From Candidatus Methanomethylophilaceae archaeon (GTDB lineage: Archaea > Thermoplasmatota > Thermoplasmata > Methanomassiliicoccales > Methanomethylophilaceae): DNA of 64,000 nucleotides. How positions within the stretch are numbered: position 1 is the stretch's first letter; every line of letters begins with the position of its first letter. The notes below the pieces were generated by a model that worked only from the letters and a program-made list of their open reading frames with translations, did no database searches and had not been told where the DNA came from. Positions 61,101-64,000 of the stretch are shown here, piece after piece. Both the position numbers and the translations under genes were made by a program. The stretch lies in contig CALUHR010000013.1 of NCBI GenBank assembly GCA_944320495.1, positions 96,001 to 160,000 of the forward strand, read 5' to 3'.

Positions 61101-63725
61101 GCGGACGGTGGTCTCGGAGTAGAGCACGTAGTCGCCGTAGACGTCGCTGTACTGGTAGACGGAGACGGTGGCTCCGGAGACGGCCTCGCCGGAGGACTGC
61201 TGGACCTGTCCCGTCAGGACGGTCGCGTCCTCGGAGACGCCGGTGTACTCGAGCATGACGTAGCAGGCGAGGTAGTTGATGGTGCCTCCCTCGTTCTCCT
61301 GCTTCTCCATGGCCTCCCAGCCGTCCATGTACTCCCAGCCGTCGGTGGTGCTGTCGGCATCGTCCTCGGCGTTGTACATGACGAGCCAGTCGGTGACGGT
61401 GAATCCGGCGAGCCCGTATCCGGGGATCGCCTTGACGGTGCCGTCGCTATAGGCGAGCGCGGAGAGGTAGCTGTTGGAGCTGCTGAATCCGGCGTCGGCG
61501 GCGGAGGGCCCGATCATGGCCTTCCAGAGGAAGGTGTCGTACATGGCGGAGGTGTACACGGTGTTTCCGTAGTACGTGTTGTAGGAGTAGAACTGGGTCG
61601 CGGCTCCGTAGCCGTCGACGTTGTATCCGGCGAAGTAGCCGATGGTGGAGAAGCTGTCTCCGTCGCCGTAGGAGAGCGGGAGCATGGAGCCGTCCAGGAG
61701 GACATATCCGATGCGGTCGCCGCTGGCGTCGCAGACGGCCTCGTACGCGTCGCAGATCTCCTTCTCGTCCATTCCGGAGAGGATGACGTTCATGCTGGCG
61801 AGGTACACGGCGTTCTCGTCGGTGATGTCGGACCTGACGCTTCCGTAGGTCTCGGGGTCGGCCTCGATGTCGGCCCTGGCGGTGGAGGGGTCGGCCACGT
61901 ACGCCCTGATGGCGTCGTAGACGGCGGTGTCCATGCATGCGGAGAAGTCCATGCCGTCGTTGGACATGATGATGCGGAGCATCATCGCGGCGACCGCTCC
62001 TGCGGACCCGTCGGCGAGGTAGACGTGCGAGGAGGCGGTCGTGCCATTGCCGAGGGTGTCGTTGACGTTCTCGAAGCCTCCCTGGGAGACAGAGTCGTAG
62101 ACGTTGTCGATCCAGGAAACGAGGGCGCCGTCCTTGGGGGCGTCCTCCCAGTTGTCCCAGATGTCCCCGACGGGGTAGGAGTCTCCGGTGGCGATGGTGA
62201 AGTTGGTGTTGCCGGTGTAGAAGTGGTCGCCCTCGGTGTTGGAGGGGGATCCCGCATCGACCGCGAAGCTGACGTTCGGAACGATGACCAGGCAGACCAC
62301 GACGATGACGGATGCGAAGGGGAGGGGCTTGATGAGCTTCCTGAAGCAGCCAGGGAACCCGGCGGCCCTGATGTTGGAGGCCCAGTCCCTGAGCTTGGCG
62401 GCCCTGAGGACCTTGACGATGACGGCTCCGGCGCCGACGCCGAAGACGCAGGCGACCACGGCGGCGTTGTCGTAGCTGGTCCAGGTCGCGAAGAACATCA
62501 CGAACAGCCAGACGACCATGAGGAGCTGGGTCGCGGAGTGGTCCCTCCTGAAGTAGACGTAGCTCTCGTAGAGGGCCAGGCAGATCGGGAGCCACATGGT
62601 CAGCCAGCCGTAGTAGGCGGCGACGTTGGACATGGACACGCGGTCGCTGACCAGCTGGTCCATGGTGCCCGCGTAGGGCGAGTTCCCGAAGATGAAGTCG
62701 TCGAACATCTCGGGCGCGGCGACCGCGAGGGCGACGCAGAGCACGAGGAACACGACGACGAGTGCGGGGATGGTGGCGACCCAGGGCTTGGACCTGAGCG
62801 CCATGAACACGAGCGTGAACACGACGGAGACGACGGCGACGAACAGCGATCCGGAGTAGACCGTGTCCATCAGGCCGGCGGGGACGTAGTACGCGGCGGG
62901 GATGAGGGCGCCGACGAGGATCGCGACGCAGTACCCGAGCGTGATGCCCGTGAAGTCCTTGCCCCTTATGCGGGAGGCCACGGCCTGGAGGACCATGGCG
63001 ACCGCGAGCATGACGATCACGATGCGGAACCCGTTCCAGGTCAGCGCGGAGAGCATCACGAAGACGCCGGCGATGAGACCGTAGAGCAGGACGCCCTTCT
63101 TGGCGGAAGCATCGGCGTCGGCGGCCTTGACCATCCTGATGAGGAAGTACACGGCGAAGGCCACCAGGAAGGCGGCCAGGGCGTACTCGTTACCGCTGGA
63201 GAACACGGAAGTGCTAATCGGGAGGGCCATGAAGGCCAGGACGAGCGCCGCTACGACACCTATCGTCTTGTCGAACAGCTCCTTGCCGATCATGTACACG
63301 GGGATGCAGAGGAGTGCCCCGAAGATGGGGTTCAGCACCGCCAGTGCGAACGATGCGGCCTCGGTGGTTCCCATGGAGCCCTGGAAGACCGAGGCGACGC
63401 CGGCCGCCAGGAAGTCCATGAGCGGGGGGACGTACAGGGAACCGCCGACGGGGTAGTTGACGGACATGTCCGTCATCGACCATGAGCCGGCGAGGATGCT
63501 TTCAATCACATGCAGGTGATACTGTGCACTCGAACCCCCGGACAGGGCAAAGTTCCCATCCGCGGAGACGCCGTAGGCCATCACGAAACGCAGCAGGAAC
63601 GCCACGACGACGATGACCGCCAGTGCGAGTACACACCAGTGGCCTCTAAGCCACCCGTTGCCGCTTCTATCGCGGTCGGCCCCCTTCTCAGCGGGGGCGG
63701 CTGACTCTTTTCCGAATTTGCGCAT
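58122..63725 (-). CDS. Giant AglB/STT3-like membrane protein with carboxypeptidase-regulatory-like beta repeats
   Basis: ~13 N-terminal TMs with QYHL..IES and VNYPVG...PPLMD, SW-ID-NV in the WWDYG position, long beta-sandwich region, C-terminal TM; 1867 aa. Confidence 0.7.
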   Translation of the reverse strand: MRKFGKESAAPAEKGADRDRSGNGWLRGHWCVLALAVIVVVAFLLRFVMAYGVSADGNFALSGGSSAQYHLHVIESILAGSWSMTDMSVNYPVGGSLYVPPLMDFLAAGVASVFQGSMGTTEAASFALAVLNPIFGALLCIPVYMIGKELFDKTIGVVAALVLAFMALPISTSVFSSGNEYALAAFLVAFAVYFLIRMVKAADADASAKKGVLLYGLIAGVFVMLSALTWNGFRIVIVMLAVAMVLQAVASRIRGKDFTGITLGYCVAILVGALIPAAYYVPAGLMDTVYSGSLFVAVVSVVFTLVFMALRSKPWVATIPALVVVFLVLCVALAVAAPEMFDDFIFGNSPYAGTMDQLVSDRVSMSNVAAYYGWLTMWLPICLALYESYVYFRRDHSATQLLMVVWLFVMFFATWTSYDNAAVVACVFGVGAGAVIVKVLRAAKLRDWASNIRAAGFPGCFRKLIKPLPFASVIVVVCLVIVPNVSFAVDAGSPSNTEGDHFYTGNTNFTIATGDSYPVGDIWDNWEDAPKDGALVSWIDNVYDSVSQGGFENVNDTLGNGTTASSHVYLADGSAGAVAAMMLRIIMSNDGMDFSACMDTAVYDAIRAYVADPSTARADIEADPETYGSVRSDITDENAVYLASMNVILSGMDEKEICDAYEAVCDASGDRIGYVLLDGSMLPLSYGDGDSFSTIGYFAGYNVDGYGAATQFYSYNTYYGNTVYTSAMYDTFLWKAMIGPSAADAGFSSSNSYLSALAYSDGTVKAIPGYGLAGFTVTDWLVMYNAEDDADSTTDGWEYMDGWEAMEKQENEGGTINYLACYVMLEYTGVSEDATVLTGQVQQSSGEAVSGATVSVYQYSDVYGDYVLYSETTVRDGAYSALVPDGDYRVDISIGDVLVDSFTSSAVQQVTVIPDAVATGEVQVNGEIYDAEDMMLTLSGGAEPEDVEIQITGGQIVIENVLPGTYSYILYGADGTSLGSGSVTIHPGDTTGIVITPTTKKITATVEDVYDNVIDGSAYDEAPVVIATNTVTGAQFKTAIGEDGKAEIDVIPGKYTVSLGNGLVSMTSSVQNASSSNRSVTMTAYESRTVSIDNAPEGVALAVYAGEFSTVSDVENGTFDVPVSIATDAMSYSVYGVSGTTVYHAVYTGGDSVTLQSGQYSKVTGTLKDGEDGVSGTVVFYDENGFTVKATTDEDGAFTAFVPAGTYTINAYNSGDRVYIGSASVSGTSTELGDLDTVDGRRISATLRYDSATGDGNVNLPFVKGMITYTYQEREYQVVSMTNTSGVAYYYIPDGIEAVVSFNNADGTLENDSFACESMTQDVSSGSSNTTRTVTIQYVGYTDDQKNVVKQQSVTLDYDAELDFYEGDETISMEAGVAQELCPGEYEITIDGASGYYFSGTVYLYPGQTEFVGLDVVEVVTANIQKNESDAISIQTEGSYHSFDGGYYLEVGHEYYISSTNRSDASDVKIAYGYVDLTGDSREAVTLDMKATQSVMEVTGYVGINADGTITVESGDVKRQFDVTDGAFTLRLPADMSDVTATVEVSATVASVEHWFSATEDLVNMTDGCIRNISVLSSDAPADDSEEDEPAFEVAIDRAEFADGRATVQFTVTNNGEKAMSYAVSAGSAWSLDRGVTVTVPAGESVQATVTGYYDAATVAPGLDGVDLIVSDINGTDTVTEAITENSAPATGSEGMDILYAGDEGAANDRISASQYMYAVTFVNKDVYAKNVQIGFGHIDGWYVTLVDADGTLVAESGAEVTIYGLQTVTYYIALMQMGADPDEDGNVASSPVQGITVTISGDASSTKALEPQEISVTVDDSGVSGGDAIDERSGIPSGVWFLVAVIILMIIAAFWLASKRGVFARR

Positions 63726-63860
63726 TCTAATAAGTCTCCGTCTCTTTAGAATGGCCGTTCATACAGGAACCTCTATAAAAAGGGCACCCTGGGTCATTTT
63801 ATTATAATAAGAACGCGCGCGCACCCACACACGATACGCGCGATTGGGTTTGACCGCCCG

Positions 63861-64000
63861 TCAGAGCACGGTGCGTATGTCCTCGGCGAAGGCCTGCGCT
63901 GCCCCGCGGGGGTCCTCCGCGCCGTAGATCGAACGGCCCACGATGGCGTAGTCGGCTCCGGCCGCGATGGCGTCCGAGGCCTTCCCGCCCTGGGCGCCGA
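63861..64000 (-). CDS. pyrF: Orotidine-5'-phosphate decarboxylase, C-terminal part
   Basis: Hand translation [34 protein letters not shown]...; TGA at 63863-63861. Confidence 0.93.
   Translation of the reverse strand, partial: GAQGGKASDAIAAGADYAIVGRSIYGAEDPRGAAQAFAEDIRTVL

Noticed and set aside
58512-63485. 1657-aa antisense ORF (also 3386-5884, 20143-22485, 30709-32055, 31671-33203)
   Set aside because: Shadow ORFs caused by strong GC3 bias of the real genes on the opposite strand; no motifs.
1-64000. tRNA, rRNA, transposase or integrase genes
   Set aside because: None recognised; the tRNA-Arg(UCG), aRF1 and pyl genes needed to test the code are not in this window.

Overview
GC-rich archaeal chromosomal window, most likely from a Methanomassiliicoccales/Methanomethylophilaceae-type methanogen. 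This is inferred from gatDE, thyX, form III RuBisCO, an HVO_0476-type protein and a giant AglB-like protein. It holds about 58 protein genes: housekeeping (folD, AMP phosphorylase-RuBisCO-R15P isomerase operon, thyX, msrA, gatDE, kptA, hypB, purD, truA, pyrF), scattered ATPase/nuclease and toxin-like genes, a kinase-SPFH-FHA-like-PP2C signalling cluster, and a 14.3 kb lower-GC glycosylation island bounded by 56-bp direct repeats. The main result is that the DNA appears to use a non-standard genetic code in which CGA (normally Arg) is a stop codon. By hand reading, 16 genes have an in-frame CGA at or near the expected protein end. These include CGATG stop/start overlaps and convergent pairs that meet on TCGA or CGA|TCG. 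I found no internal in-frame CGA in any gene I read codon by codon, including all 12 island genes (well over 250 Arg codons). The other ~41 complete genes end in TGA, and none ends in TAA or TAG. The one in-frame TAG found joins two halves of an SPFH-like gene, consistent with pyrrolysine. The working code is stop = TGA + CGA, TAG = Pyl, TAA apparently unused. Feature coordinates below use CGA as stop where noted. All family calls come from motif recognition by eye, not database searches.
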